From positions 1-52,530 of the IMG/VR virus record IMGVR_UViG_3300037245_003804: a DNA stretch of 52,530 nucleotides. One strand, written 5' to 3'. The stretch comes from a virus (lineage: Duplodnaviria; Caudoviricetes). Shown in pieces: positions 18,018 to 27,449 of the stretch (position 1 is its first letter; every line of letters starts with the position of its first letter). A program made the translations under genes and the position numbers. The notes under the pieces were generated by a model. It was not told the origin of the DNA and did no database searches. It saw nothing but the letters and a program-made list of their open reading frames with translations.

Positions 18018-18725
18018 CTACCCTGAATAACATACCTCTTTGACTAATAACCCTGACTGTCCACTCATAGTTAATAAGAGGGAAAGAGTTACAATCCATG
18101 CTTTATTGAAGGTTTTCTCCATCTCAAGCATTACTGTAGCTAATTGGAAGCTTTCCGGGGCAATGGCGAACAGCAATAGTGGTGTTACCAATGGTGTCAG
18201 TAATAACAGGCTATAAAACATCATTTTTGTTTTATACCAACTTATTGGCTCCATACCCCTTTCGTTTAATTTTTGGTTATCTAGTGCCATTTCCATCATA
18301 GTTCTTGTGATATTGATGGTTGATAACCCGATAGCAGCAATCAATAGTGTTGTGGCTAGTGGGCCAGAAAGAAAATGGATACTAACTAGCATCAAAAAGG
18401 CTAATAACGTAGCCGTTATGCGCACTGCTTTCCCCGCGCTTGTGTCACGCTTAGTGAATAATGCCAATGGCTTCACAAGGCTTTGTATGCATCCTATCAC
18501 TCCCGTAAGCGTTGGGGTGGGGCTGGTTTCAGAAGAATGGAATGTATAAGCTACTTCTGGCGTTGGACTGATATTGCATGACAACCGTCGGTTTTTTTCC
18601 ACTCCTTCTTTGTTTTCTTGTGAAATTGGGGAAGTAGATGGAATAAGGGGCTTGTCATCCACCACGGGAGAAAGCGGTTTAGTCCATACTGTTTTAAAAT
18701 TATCGGTTGGAGCGTCCAGTGCCAT
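18018..18725 (-). CDS. Membrane protein with Ser/Pro-rich disordered N-terminus (effector-like moron)
   Basis: About 75 aa low-complexity N-terminus followed by two pairs of hydrophobic helices; GAGG RBS. Confidence 0.65.
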   Translation of the reverse strand: MALDAPTDNFKTVWTKPLSPVVDDKPLIPSTSPISQENKEGVEKNRRLSCNISPTPEVAYTFHSSETSPTPTLTGVIGCIQSLVKPLALFTKRDTSAGKAVRITATLLAFLMLVSIHFLSGPLATTLLIAAIGLSTINITRTMMEMALDNQKLNERGMEPISWYKTKMMFYSLLLLTPLVTPLLLFAIAPESFQLATVMLEMEKTFNKAWIVTLSLLLTMSGQSGLLVKEVCYSG

Positions 18726-18771
18726 AATTGCCTCTTATTAAAGTAGGGACAGCTGGAATATCCAGCTGTAT

Positions 18772-19020
18772 TTAAGGTATACACCCTACTTTAACAAAAT
18801 AATCCCAATCTTTCGTAGGTTCTTTTAAAACGGCAATAATAGATTCACTATCATAAACAATATTATCAATAAGATCGTATAGTTCATCTTGGAGGCGTTG
18901 TGGGCTATTTTCATGGTTTAGGTTTATTGTTACGTCATTTAAATGGCGATAATCACCTTCTAATTGAAAAAACATTGAAGGTTCGTTCCCATAAAATTCC
19001 ATTTCAAATAATGTCTTCAT
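18772..19020 (-). CDS. PTKDWDYF family paralog
   Basis: MKTLF…FFQLEGDYRHL…EPTKDWDYFVKVG. Confidence 0.8.
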   Translation of the reverse strand: MKTLFEMEFYGNEPSMFFQLEGDYRHLNDVTINLNHENSPQRLQDELYDLIDNIVYDSESIIAVLKEPTKDWDYFVKVGCIP

Positions 19021-19275
19021 TTAAGGTATAACCCCTACTTTCACAAAGTGATCCCAATCTTTCGTAGGTTTTTTTAAAGTGGTTATAATGTAATAAAAAT
19101 TAGGAAAAGGATCTGAATCATTACCGTAAAGTAGTCCCATTAATTCATTTTGTTGCTCCTCTGTACTTTCATAACCATTTATTTCCACTTCATTTAAATA
19201 ACTATAATCACCTTCCAATTCAAAAAACAGTGAAGGTGCTTTTCCATGTAGTTCCAATAAAAACAGTGTTTTCAT
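19021..19275 (-). CDS. PTKDWDYF family paralog
   Basis: MKTLF…FFELEGDYSYL…PTKDWDHFVKVG. Confidence 0.8.
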   Translation of the reverse strand: MKTLFLLELHGKAPSLFFELEGDYSYLNEVEINGYESTEEQQNELMGLLYGNDSDPFPNFYYIITTLKKPTKDWDHFVKVGVIP

Positions 19276-19286
19276 TTATCCCCCGT

Positions 19287-19523
19287 TTAAGGTAAAAACC
19301 CTACTTTAACAAAGTAATCCCAATCTTTCGTAGGTTCTTTTAAAGGGGTTATAATTAATTCGCCACCTTCTTTGTAAACAAGATCATACAATTCATCTTC
19401 AATGTTTTGTGGGTCCTCTCCCTCGTTTATATTTATTCCATTAAAATGTCTATAATCACCCTCTAATTCGAAAAATATTAAAGGGCCAGCTCCATAAAAC
19501 TCCATAGCAAATAGCGTTTTCAT
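19287..19523 (-). CDS. PTKDWDYF family paralog (start revised to MKTLF)
   Basis: AGGAG RBS; FFELEGDYRHF…EPTKDWDYFVKVG. Confidence 0.8.
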   Translation of the reverse strand: MKTLFAMEFYGAGPLIFFELEGDYRHFNGININEGEDPQNIEDELYDLVYKEGGELIITPLKEPTKDWDYFVKVGFLP

Positions 19524-19534
19524 TTCTTCTCCTT

Positions 19535-19765
19535 TTAAGGTATGAAACCTACTTTTATAAAGAAATCCCAATCTCTTGTGGGCTCTATTAAAGGGGTTAT
19601 AATATAATTATGGCCAGAACAATAAATCAGATCAATTAATTCATCACTATGCAAAGGGTTATCACCATTTATCTGGGCTCCCTTTAAATGACGATAATCA
19701 CCATCCAATTCAAAAAATATTGCATCGTCTTGCCCGTAGTGTTCAAGTAAAAACAGTGTTTTCAT
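19535..19765 (-). CDS. PTKDWDYF family paralog
   Basis: FFELDGDYRHL…EPTRDWDFFIKVG. Confidence 0.8.
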   Translation of the reverse strand: MKTLFLLEHYGQDDAIFFELDGDYRHLKGAQINGDNPLHSDELIDLIYCSGHNYIITPLIEPTRDWDFFIKVGFIP

Positions 19766-20034
19766 TTCTTTTCACTCCAAAATCTATAATGAATTATAGT
19801 AAAATAGTCCCAATTTTTCGTGGGTTCCTTTAATTCTGTTACTATCAATGACCAATCTTTGTTGTTCTTTTTGTTGATTTTATCTCCATAAATAAGTGCC
19901 AATACTTCTTTGCCATGCTCTATGTTATTAATGTTAGAGTTATTTAAATGGCTATAATTACCTTCCTTTTCAAAAAAAGCAGTTTCTAGCAATCCGTTAT
20001 CTTTATACATATAAACCATAAAGCATGTTTTCAT
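19762..20034 (-). CDS. PTKDWDYF family paralog (start revised to MKTCF)
   Basis: FFEKEGNYSHL…EPTKNWDYF; closest to 17702-17980. Confidence 0.78.
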   Translation of the reverse strand: MKTCFMVYMYKDNGLLETAFFEKEGNYSHLNNSNINNIEHGKEVLALIYGDKINKKNNKDWSLIVTELKEPTKNWDYFTIIHYRFWSEKK

Positions 20035-20039
20035 GGCAT

Positions 20040-20546
20040 TTACTCCACTGTACATGTAACAAAATAATCCCATTCCTTTGGAGGCTCAAATAACTCTTTG
20101 TGAAGAGGGATATCATTTTTGTTATACATAAGGATTTCAAGCTGTTCGTTTCTTTCCTTTCTTAAATCAACTATCAAATCATCATTGTTAGTGAATTTAG
20201 AATCATCAAAATACCTATAGTCACCTTTTAATTTAAAAAAAGTAATTTCATGTCCAAGATTATCTTGCTTATTACAATCTATCACTAAAAATAATGTATA
20301 TACATCGCTATCATTCATTGGTTTCATCTTCCTTGGGTATGTGATATATCCTGCTAAGTAATCAACACTTACGCAAAAGTAATTAGCAAATTTCATTAGC
20401 AATTTAATAGAAGGGCTTTTAATAATCTTTTTTTCTATTTTCCATACATGCGATTTATGAGTATTCACGGCATTGGCAACAACCTCAAGTGTAACGCCTT
20501 TTTTTGCGCGTAACTCTTTTAATTTTATTCCTAATGACTTAGGCAT
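20040..20546 (-). CDS. XRE-family HTH fused to a PTKDWDYF domain
   Basis: LGIKLKELRAKKGVTLEVVA…PSIKLLMKFANYFCVSVDYL plus FFKLKGDYRYF…EPPKEWDYFV. Confidence 0.82.
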   Translation of the reverse strand: MPKSLGIKLKELRAKKGVTLEVVANAVNTHKSHVWKIEKKIIKSPSIKLLMKFANYFCVSVDYLAGYITYPRKMKPMNDSDVYTLFLVIDCNKQDNLGHEITFFKLKGDYRYFDDSKFTNNDDLIVDLRKERNEQLEILMYNKNDIPLHKELFEPPKEWDYFVTCTVE

Positions 20547-20558
20547 ATGCCCTCCCTT

Positions 20559-20792
20559 TTAAGGTTCAAAACTTATTTTAACAAAGTAATCCCAATCCTT
20601 TGTCGGTTCATACAATTGATTTATAATATAATTACCATCTTTATCAAAAATAAGATCGTATAATTTTTTTTGAATAGAAAGTGGTAAATCGTCATCAGCA
20701 AAATTAATGCCATCCAATTTCCTATAATCACCCTCTAATTCAAAAAATATCAAAGCACCTTCATAGTATTCCATTAAAAATAATGTTTTCAT
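20559..20792 (-). CDS. PTKDWDYF family paralog
   Basis: MKTLF…FFELEGDYRKL…EPTKDWDYFVK. Confidence 0.8.
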   Translation of the reverse strand: MKTLFLMEYYEGALIFFELEGDYRKLDGINFADDDLPLSIQKKLYDLIFDKDGNYIINQLYEPTKDWDYFVKISFEP

Positions 20793-21095
20793 TTATCCTT
20801 CAAAGACATAAAATGCATCATCACAGTTCGCACGCTCATCTTCATTATTTTCCATATATATTATCTTTTCCATTTGATGTTTTCGAACGGAAACATATCT
20901 TTCAAGGCTTGATATAAAAATCGAATAATCAAGCGTCTCTGAAAATTTATTTTCTTTTACCAATGATTTCATGGCTGCTTCAAAAGATGATCGTGGGGTG
21001 TTTAATAAATGGTTCACCATCTCTGTTCTGATTATTTTTTCTACTTTAATTGCTTCAATTTTACTATTTTTGTTTTCTGAAGTTTTCATTAACAT
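20793..21095 (-). CDS. Hypothetical protein
   Basis: Tightly packed ORF in the - strand operon. Confidence 0.55.
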   Translation of the reverse strand: MLMKTSENKNSKIEAIKVEKIIRTEMVNHLLNTPRSSFEAAMKSLVKENKFSETLDYSIFISSLERYVSVRKHQMEKIIYMENNEDERANCDDAFYVFEG

Positions 21096-21532
21096 AAATC
21101 TCCTTTCATAGATGTAATGTACTTTTTTGCTTTATCTATATAAATACCGATATAAGGATAATAGCGTGGCCCATTTTCTATTTGTACAATTTCAACAAGC
21201 ATCTTAAAAAGATTAAAAAATTGCCCTTCAGTTTGCCGTTCCCTGATGTATAAACAATCTTTAGTTTTTGTATTCTTGCAAGTAAGAAAAGTAGCTGTTG
21301 CAAATTCAATATAAATATCGTCTATTTTATTCATATGTTTTTTTTTCATTTTGTGTGTCATGTCGACACCCTCAACTCTTGCATATTGTTCTTTTAACTT
21401 TTTATGTGCTATGCAGGAATGTAGCTGAAAATAAGCAATAGCGTTTTCTAAATCTGATTTTTCTATTTCGCAGTGAAAAAATGGCCTAAATACATTAAAC
21501 GTATGTATTTTAGCTATTGCAGCGCCATCCAT
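21089..21532 (-). CDS. Hypothetical protein (tandem paralog of 21532-22008)
   Basis: Shared EIEK.DL.NAI.YF, KID.IYIEFA, QF.NLF.MLV. Confidence 0.7.
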   Translation of the reverse strand: MDGAAIAKIHTFNVFRPFFHCEIEKSDLENAIAYFQLHSCIAHKKLKEQYARVEGVDMTHKMKKKHMNKIDDIYIEFATATFLTCKNTKTKDCLYIRERQTEGQFFNLFKMLVEIVQIENGPRYYPYIGIYIDKAKKYITSMKGDLC

Positions 21533-22008
21533 TATGAAGCTCCTACCATATATGAAATATGTTTTTTTGCTTTTTTTATATAAATACCTATATGTTTTGG
21601 TGGATTTTCTATTTTAACCATTCCAACAAGCATATTAAAAAGATTTAAAAATTGTGCATCAGTTTGGTATAGCCCATTAAATGAACAATCCTTAGTTTGC
21701 GCATTCTTATAAGTAAATAAGCTGGCTACTGCAAATTCAATATAAATATTGTCTATTTTTTCATTATGTTTTTTTTGTATTTTTCTCGTCATTCCGTTAT
21801 ATTCCTTTTCTTTTATATGATTAGCCCATAACTTTTGATGCGCCACACGGCAATGTATCTCAAAATAATCAATGGCATTTAATAAATCTAATTTTTCTAT
21901 TTCATAATCAAAATATGGTCGCCACCCCGGTAGGGCGTCAATACGAGAATTTATGGTTTGTAGGCTATAAACATAATCCTCTATTTTACCTTCCATAAAA
22001 TGAAACAT
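21532..22008 (-). CDS. Hypothetical protein (tandem paralog of 21089-21532)
   Basis: Same shared motifs; first gene after the promoter at 22042-22069. Confidence 0.7.
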   Translation of the reverse strand: MFHFMEGKIEDYVYSLQTINSRIDALPGWRPYFDYEIEKLDLLNAIDYFEIHCRVAHQKLWANHIKEKEYNGMTRKIQKKHNEKIDNIYIEFAVASLFTYKNAQTKDCSFNGLYQTDAQFLNLFNMLVGMVKIENPPKHIGIYIKKAKKHISYMVGAS

Positions 22009-22041
22009 CCTTATTAAGATTATTTAATCCAACTAAAACCA

Positions 22042-22115
22042 ATAATACACTAATATTCTGCTATGTCAAACATTTTATCGATTCATTTGATTGACTAAGT
22101 GTTTTCACCTATAAT
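22042..22115. promoter_or_regulatory. Divergent promoters: - strand TTGACA-N16-TATTAT (22069-22042) and + strand TTGATT-N17-TATAAT (22087-22115)
   Basis: Hexamer matches in the gap between divergent genes. Confidence 0.6.
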
Positions 22116-22220
22116 ATCAAAAGTTGGGAGTAGCTATCTCAACTATTCCTTAGCCGCTTTTTTGAGCATTCCCCCTAATGTCCAATCAAGCGGCTTTTTA
22201 TCCTAAATTAAGGGGCATAA

Positions 22221-24413
22221 ATGGATAAATTACCAGTTACTTGCGCCGCTCTAGTAAAAGTAAAGGCTAACGAAAAAAACCCATTCCTTAAAAAATGGCC
22301 AAATCTAGTTCATGAAGAAAAAGACCTTTTGTCTCACCATAATAGTGGTGGCAATTTAGGCATAAAAACAAAATTTCACCCCGCTTTTGACATTGATATC
22401 GATGATAATCCCGAACTATGCCACGAAATCTCTACATTCATACAAGAACGGCATTCTCCGTGGTGTGTGCGGAAGCGCTCCAATTCAGCACGCTTTTTAA
22501 TAGCTTTCGAACTGAAAAAGGGTAGTGAACCTTTCAAAAAGCAAGTAATCCCTGTTGATAATGGAAAAATAGAGTTGCTGGCTAATGGTCAACAGTTTGT
22601 AGCGTGGGGTAATCATGATAGTGGGGTACCCTATGAAACCACGATATTTGAGGATAGCGACCCATTAACATCAGAACAATGCCGTGATTTGTTTAACGAT
22701 ATCACCCTTAACTTTGGAATCAATAAGCAAAGATCAGTCATTGACTTAAATACAGCCGATATCCACACCCACGCTGATGTCGTTAAAACTATTATTGATT
22801 GGGATAAAAAGGGCTGTCGTTATGACATGCTCAAAAAGTTAGCCTATATGAATAATAAAGAGGGGGTATCGGATAACTATAATATCAATGCCTTACAAGC
22901 TCTTATGTGGTCAGTACCCGAAGATAAGAGGGATGACGAGTGGCAACTATACATGAAGGAAAATGGGCGCTTAGAACGTCTTGTGACCGATTTAAGCAGA
23001 CTAAAGAAACCCACCATTCCTATCCCATCCAACCCTTTAGAATCCACTACCCCCATTTTCCCCGGCGATACTATTAATGAATGGCCAGAGCCATGGCCAA
23101 TGATATGGGCGGAATGGAAGAAATTCCCCCTGGATTTAAACGAAACCTTGTTATTCCCTACCATGCTTTGTGCGCATGCTTATCTTCTCCGTGGGAACTA
23201 TTTGACTGAATATGGTCGCCGTCCTAACTTTTTCTTCCTTAATTTAGCGCCAAGTACTGCGGGGAAAGACATCAACAGCACGGATGTTATTGCAGATATT
23301 GACGATTATATGAAGTTAAAAGGGGCTATTAACACTCCTTTTACTGAAATGAGAAGCCGAGGCATGAACATTACGGCTGATACCTCATTTTTAGAATCTA
23401 TTGTGGATAACCAATTGTTTTGGATTCACACTGAAGCATCCAATATTTTCAGGCAACTCAAAAATAGTGCCAATAATAGCCACGTAGCGGCTTTATCAGA
23501 TAAAATGATTGAGGTGGTTGATGGGAAAATGATTTCTGGCAAAGCCAAAGCAGGCAAAAAAATCAATAACATCCATGATCCTAACGTACAGATTTTATTC
23601 TATGCTCAGCCTGAAACCATTGAAGATACCATTGATATCCATATGGTGGATAGCGGCTTGTTTGGTCGTTCCATCATCTCTATATTGCCAGAAATTGACC
23701 TTAATATTGATAAATTTGCTTTATTCCAAAGAGAAAGAAAGCATAAACCTGCCCTTTCTGATGAGTTGAGGAATTTTTATATACAAAAATTGAACCACCC
23801 CCAACAAGCATCTAAAACGAGAATTTGTATCCCTGAACATGAAAAAGAAGAAATGGACAAGGAATGGTCAAAAACTAAAATAGCACAATTATTGATAAGT
23901 CATAAACATGATGATTCTATTACAAAATTATTGCTTAGAATGGGTAACCTGGGGGAACAAATCTATACCGTGATTTGCGGGGTCTCTCAGCTGTGGTCCA
24001 TTCTCCACGATAAATTTTACGATCCCATTGAAATAAAGAAATTAATCCCCATCCTTGATTATTGGGTTGATTGTAAAATGTATGCCGTAAAACATCTGAT
24101 AAACTCCGCTATTGATCCACTAAGTGATATCTATCTTGCTGCGATTGCCTCTCTTTTAGAAAGGGGATCGTTTTATAGGAGGCATGCCAACCCATCCCAA
24201 AAAGAGATGTTAGAAGAGGGCTATGTTTCTCGCGCAAAATTAAAGCATCATTTATCAAAAAGTAAGCGGTTGATCCGTTTGTGCTGTAAAGAAACCCATA
24301 AAGGCGACATTTCCGTGCGGTTTGATTCTATCCATCGATCATTAATCTTAAATGGGATAGTTGTTGAAAAGGCATTGAATGAAACGCCTTATGTTGCTAT
24401 TTTAGCGTCTTGA
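22221..24413 (+). CDS. Bifunctional primase-polymerase with C-terminal helicase-like domain
   Basis: K.P…W, NLGI, FDIDID, IELLANGQQFVAWG.H.SG.PY (prim-pol); APSTAGKD P-loop-like motif and DSGLFGR. Confidence 0.82.
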   Translation: MDKLPVTCAALVKVKANEKNPFLKKWPNLVHEEKDLLSHHNSGGNLGIKTKFHPAFDIDIDDNPELCHEISTFIQERHSPWCVRKRSNSARFLIAFELKKGSEPFKKQVIPVDNGKIELLANGQQFVAWGNHDSGVPYETTIFEDSDPLTSEQCRDLFNDITLNFGINKQRSVIDLNTADIHTHADVVKTIIDWDKKGCRYDMLKKLAYMNNKEGVSDNYNINALQALMWSVPEDKRDDEWQLYMKENGRLERLVTDLSRLKKPTIPIPSNPLESTTPIFPGDTINEWPEPWPMIWAEWKKFPLDLNETLLFPTMLCAHAYLLRGNYLTEYGRRPNFFFLNLAPSTAGKDINSTDVIADIDDYMKLKGAINTPFTEMRSRGMNITADTSFLESIVDNQLFWIHTEASNIFRQLKNSANNSHVAALSDKMIEVVDGKMISGKAKAGKKINNIHDPNVQILFYAQPETIEDTIDIHMVDSGLFGRSIISILPEIDLNIDKFALFQRERKHKPALSDELRNFYIQKLNHPQQASKTRICIPEHEKEEMDKEWSKTKIAQLLISHKHDDSITKLLLRMGNLGEQIYTVICGVSQLWSILHDKFYDPIEIKKLIPILDYWVDCKMYAVKHLINSAIDPLSDIYLAAIASLLERGSFYRRHANPSQKEMLEEGYVSRAKLKHHLSKSKRLIRLCCKETHKGDISVRFDSIHRSLILNGIVVEKALNETPYVAILAS

Positions 24414-24414
24414 T

Positions 24415-24423
24415 TGGTATAAT
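24415..24423 (+). promoter_or_regulatory. Extended -10 promoter (TGnTATAAT) upstream of a hairpin and the tRNA
   Basis: TGGTATAAT right after the primase stop codon. Confidence 0.55.
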
Positions 24424-24523
24424 AAGCTTAACATAGCCCCCTCGCCTCTGTGCACATCGAAAGACTCACCATGGTTTTTCGAAAACTCGAGCAGTGCACG
24501 CGCAACTTGGGGGCTATTCTCTA

Positions 24524-24600
24524 CGGGGTATAGCGCAGCCTGGTAGCGCATCCGCTTTGGGAGTGGAGGGCCGGGAGTTCAAATCTCCCTACCCCGACCA
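24524..24600 (+). tRNA. trnP: tRNA-Pro(UGG)
   Basis: 77-nt cloverleaf: CGGGGTA/TACCCCG acceptor, TCCGC-TTTGGGA-GTGGA anticodon arm, GTTCAAATC T loop, encoded ACCA. Confidence 0.95.
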
Positions 24601-24630
24601 ATCAATAGAACTACATTAAAACACATAAAA

Positions 24631-25098
24631 TCAATTCTTTTTGAGGGGATTATGGTTTTTAGCATAGCTCTTCTCCCTTATGCCACTTTCATTCATTAAA
24701 CTATAAATCTGTTCCTCATACATTCGTTTGCTTATTAAACATTCATATATGGACTCTTTAGAACGATATAGATCGCCTTCAATTAGGACATAGGAATCGC
24801 ATATTTTTTTGTGGGGGTTGGTAATTGTAAATAAACCATATCGTCTTTCTATTTCTTTGGCAATGTTATGGAGCTCAAAAAAACGCTCTAGTTTATCAGT
24901 GTTAACTATGCACGCATCACGTACATTGCGCAATCTATTCAAATAATCAATAGATATTCTACTTATTTCTGCTATGTTTTTATAATTCAAGTTGATCGCG
25001 TATTTTATTAACGTGCATGCGTCATCCATACACATTATAAAGACTTTAGTATCAATCATTATCCGAACCATCCCCATCCACACACCTAGAGGTGTCAA
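24631..25098 (-). CDS. HTH-like protein (paralog of the C-terminal part of 25052-25633)
   Basis: LNYKNIAEISRIS and KESIYECLIS shared with the neighbour. Confidence 0.65.
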   Translation of the reverse strand: MTPLGVWMGMVRIMIDTKVFIMCMDDACTLIKYAINLNYKNIAEISRISIDYLNRLRNVRDACIVNTDKLERFFELHNIAKEIERRYGLFTITNPHKKICDSYVLIEGDLYRSKESIYECLISKRMYEEQIYSLMNESGIREKSYAKNHNPLKKN

Positions 25099-25633
25099 TA
25101 TCAGTATTTATATCTATTATGTTATAAATCTTTTCATCGTCCATTGGATCGCTTATTAAACACTCATATATGGATTCCTTGAATGAGTGATATCGCACCC
25201 TCATGTGGGGGTTAATAGGTGTATAATCTTTATAACGTCTTAGTATTTCTTGTGCTATATCATAAAGCTGGATAAAACGAGTTAGCTGATCGGCGTACAA
25301 TGTGTAGTCGTCGCGCGTCGTATATTTCTTACGCCAGCTAGATAGGCAGCTAACAGATATTCTACTTATTTCAGCTATGTTTTTATAATTCAAACTAAGT
25401 TCTTGTTTTATTAGGTCGCATGCACTGTCTATTTCATGACATTTCATATTTATTTTATCCCATATGCAGTATTTTTCATCCACAATATAACAAAGTGTAT
25501 TTACTGAAATCTTTATGTTTTTTTCTTTTGCTAATGTTTTGCATTCTTCCCATAGCGTTACGCTCTTCCGATGGTCAACATGGTCTGTTATTCCTTTCAT
25601 AATGTCATTCATTGTCAATCTCCTCACTTCCAA
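25052..25633 (-). CDS. WEECK domain plus HTH-like fusion protein
   Basis: LWEECKTLAKEKNIKISVN followed by LNYKNIAEISRIS. Confidence 0.7.
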   Translation of the reverse strand: MEVRRLTMNDIMKGITDHVDHRKSVTLWEECKTLAKEKNIKISVNTLCYIVDEKYCIWDKINMKCHEIDSACDLIKQELSLNYKNIAEISRISVSCLSSWRKKYTTRDDYTLYADQLTRFIQLYDIAQEILRRYKDYTPINPHMRVRYHSFKESIYECLISDPMDDEKIYNIIDINTDIDTSRCVDGDGSDND

Positions 25634-26024
25634 AGCCCATAAGCTCGTTTACCTTTTTTGAGCTTCCTGTTAGTAACTCCCCTAACTCCTGGGGTGTTAA
25701 TCGTTTGCTCACTCTTTTATCATACTTGGCTGTACATAGACAATCTTTCAAGTTATGAAAATTCTTTACATCCCTTTCAAGAATATCTACAAAGATAGAT
25801 GGTAAATCTTGGTTTTCTTCGTCAATTTTAGTCATTTCACGCCTTTCCTCGTTTGTTTTAGATATCACATAACTTAAATGTTTGTACTTTAATATAACGT
25901 CTCCTTCAATCCCATAACCATCATTATTTTTATTTGATGATAGTTTATACCCTTTTTTTTTCGCAAATTCTATACACGTTTCCCATAGTGTGGGGCGTCT
26001 GTTTTCTTCTATGATTTCAGTCAT
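25605..26024 (-). CDS. WEECK family paralog
   Basis: LWETCIEFAKKKGYKLS. Confidence 0.65.
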   Translation of the reverse strand: MTEIIEENRRPTLWETCIEFAKKKGYKLSSNKNNDGYGIEGDVILKYKHLSYVISKTNEERREMTKIDEENQDLPSIFVDILERDVKNFHNLKDCLCTAKYDKRVSKRLTPQELGELLTGSSKKVNELMGFGSEEIDNE

Positions 26025-26430
26025 TTACACACATTCCTTTTAAACTTCCAATAGTCTTCGCTTCCAAAAACATATATACATCACGAAAACAATCAAAATC
26101 ACATGTAATGCAGCCAAAAACTATCTTATAACTCTCATCATCGTCATTACATGATAGTTTGTACATTCTTTCCTCTGCTATATTTTTATAGTATTCCCAC
26201 TCCAGTATTATGGATCGTACTTTTTCTTCTTCTTCTTTATTTATCTCTTCTGGAATATCCATCATTGTAAATTCTGTTTCATTGCACATTTCCAACCTAG
26301 CTATTCCCCACGTCTGATCATTTGTTGATACTTTGTATCCTCTTTTCTCCGCTGTTTTTTTATAGTGCTCCCACCAACGTATAACGCGTTGTATTTCTTT
26401 TTCTTGTTTGTCAATTTTATTCATCGCCAT
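26017..26430 (-). CDS. WEECK family paralog (two domain copies)
   Basis: WEHYKKTAEKRGYKVS and WEYYKNIAEERMYKLS. Confidence 0.68.
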   Translation of the reverse strand: MAMNKIDKQEKEIQRVIRWWEHYKKTAEKRGYKVSTNDQTWGIARLEMCNETEFTMMDIPEEINKEEEEKVRSIILEWEYYKNIAEERMYKLSCNDDDESYKIVFGCITCDFDCFRDVYMFLEAKTIGSLKGMCVND

Positions 26431-26773
26431 ACCCTTTTAAGAAAGCATATAGCTTATATATGCTATGGAAGCCGTGGCATTCATGTCCGTTATCCGCAAC
26501 AAAACAAAGTGGGTTTACTGAAAGATCTATATTTTTTTCTTTCGCTAATGTTTTGCATTCTTCAAATAGTGTTATTCTATGCCGGTGATCACCATACTCC
26601 TTCAAAAAAGCATATAATTCTTGGAGATCGGTGAACATGCAACCTTTATCGATATCATAACCCCGGTCACTAACTGATAGCGTTATATCTTTATTGCATG
26701 CTATTCCTTTGCATCTATCCCATAGGAGTATGTCAAATAGCGTATTTTCCCTTTCGTCAATTTTATTCATCAT
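26417..26773 (-). CDS. WEECK family paralog (two domain copies)
   Basis: LWDRCKGIACNKDITLS and LFEECKTLAKEKNIDLS. Confidence 0.68.
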   Translation of the reverse strand: MMNKIDERENTLFDILLWDRCKGIACNKDITLSVSDRGYDIDKGCMFTDLQELYAFLKEYGDHRHRITLFEECKTLAKEKNIDLSVNPLCFVADNGHECHGFHSIYKLYAFLKGYGDE

Positions 26774-27239
26774 CCATACCTTTTAAGAAATCACATAGTT
26801 TATATATGCTGCTAAAGCAGTAGACATGATATTCTTTATTGATCAAATAATCTTGGCGTTCAAAAAGGATGGGGATCTTATCTTTTTCCGTGAGCTTATA
26901 ACCCTGATCATTCGCCGATAGTTCATATCCTCGTTTAACTGCTATTTCTTTGTATTCTTCCCATGTAAGTACAACGGATAGTGTATCGTCGGGTATGTTA
27001 GCTGACTTTTTAATTTGTTTATCACTGATATGATTATGGACTCTTGCGCATAAGTAAAGATATGGAGAATGTAAACTTGTAAAATTTTGCGTACCCCCAT
27101 ACTCATCAATAATTTTATATTGATAATCCCCACCACTTTCATTTGTTGATATATTTATATTTGTTACGTACGACAATTCCTTACACTCTTCCCATAAACG
27201 TATAATATCTAGTGTGGTTTTTTCATCAATTTTATTCAT
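26763..27239 (-). CDS. WEECK family paralog (two domain copies; start revised to MNKIDE)
   Basis: LWEECKELS and TWEEYKEIAVKRGYELS. Confidence 0.68.
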   Translation of the reverse strand: MNKIDEKTTLDIIRLWEECKELSYVTNINISTNESGGDYQYKIIDEYGGTQNFTSLHSPYLYLCARVHNHISDKQIKKSANIPDDTLSVVLTWEEYKEIAVKRGYELSANDQGYKLTEKDKIPILFERQDYLINKEYHVYCFSSIYKLCDFLKGMDDE

Positions 27240-27423
27240 CGTGCCACCCATCTAAAAAACAACACAAGTCATGGAGATTAATGAATCTGTAACGTTTATC
27301 GACATCATAACCATCTGAACTCACTGATATCTTAATATCTTCATCGCATGCTATTTTTCGGCAGCGCTCCCATAATTTTACATCGTGTAGTACCTTTTTG
27401 TCTTCTCTGGTTATGTTAAGCAT
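27232..27423 (-). CDS. WEECK family paralog
   Basis: LWERCRKIACDEDIKIS; AGGAG RBS. Confidence 0.65.
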   Translation of the reverse strand: MLNITREDKKVLHDVKLWERCRKIACDEDIKISVSSDGYDVDKRYRFINLHDLCCFLDGWHDE

Positions 27424-27449
27424 CGTCCTACTCCTTTAAGAAAACATAA

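Noticed and set aside
24524-24600. tRNA-Pro as an attP or prophage boundary
   Set aside because: The tRNA is complete with its own promoter, there is no adjacent integrase and no duplicated 3' fragment was seen.
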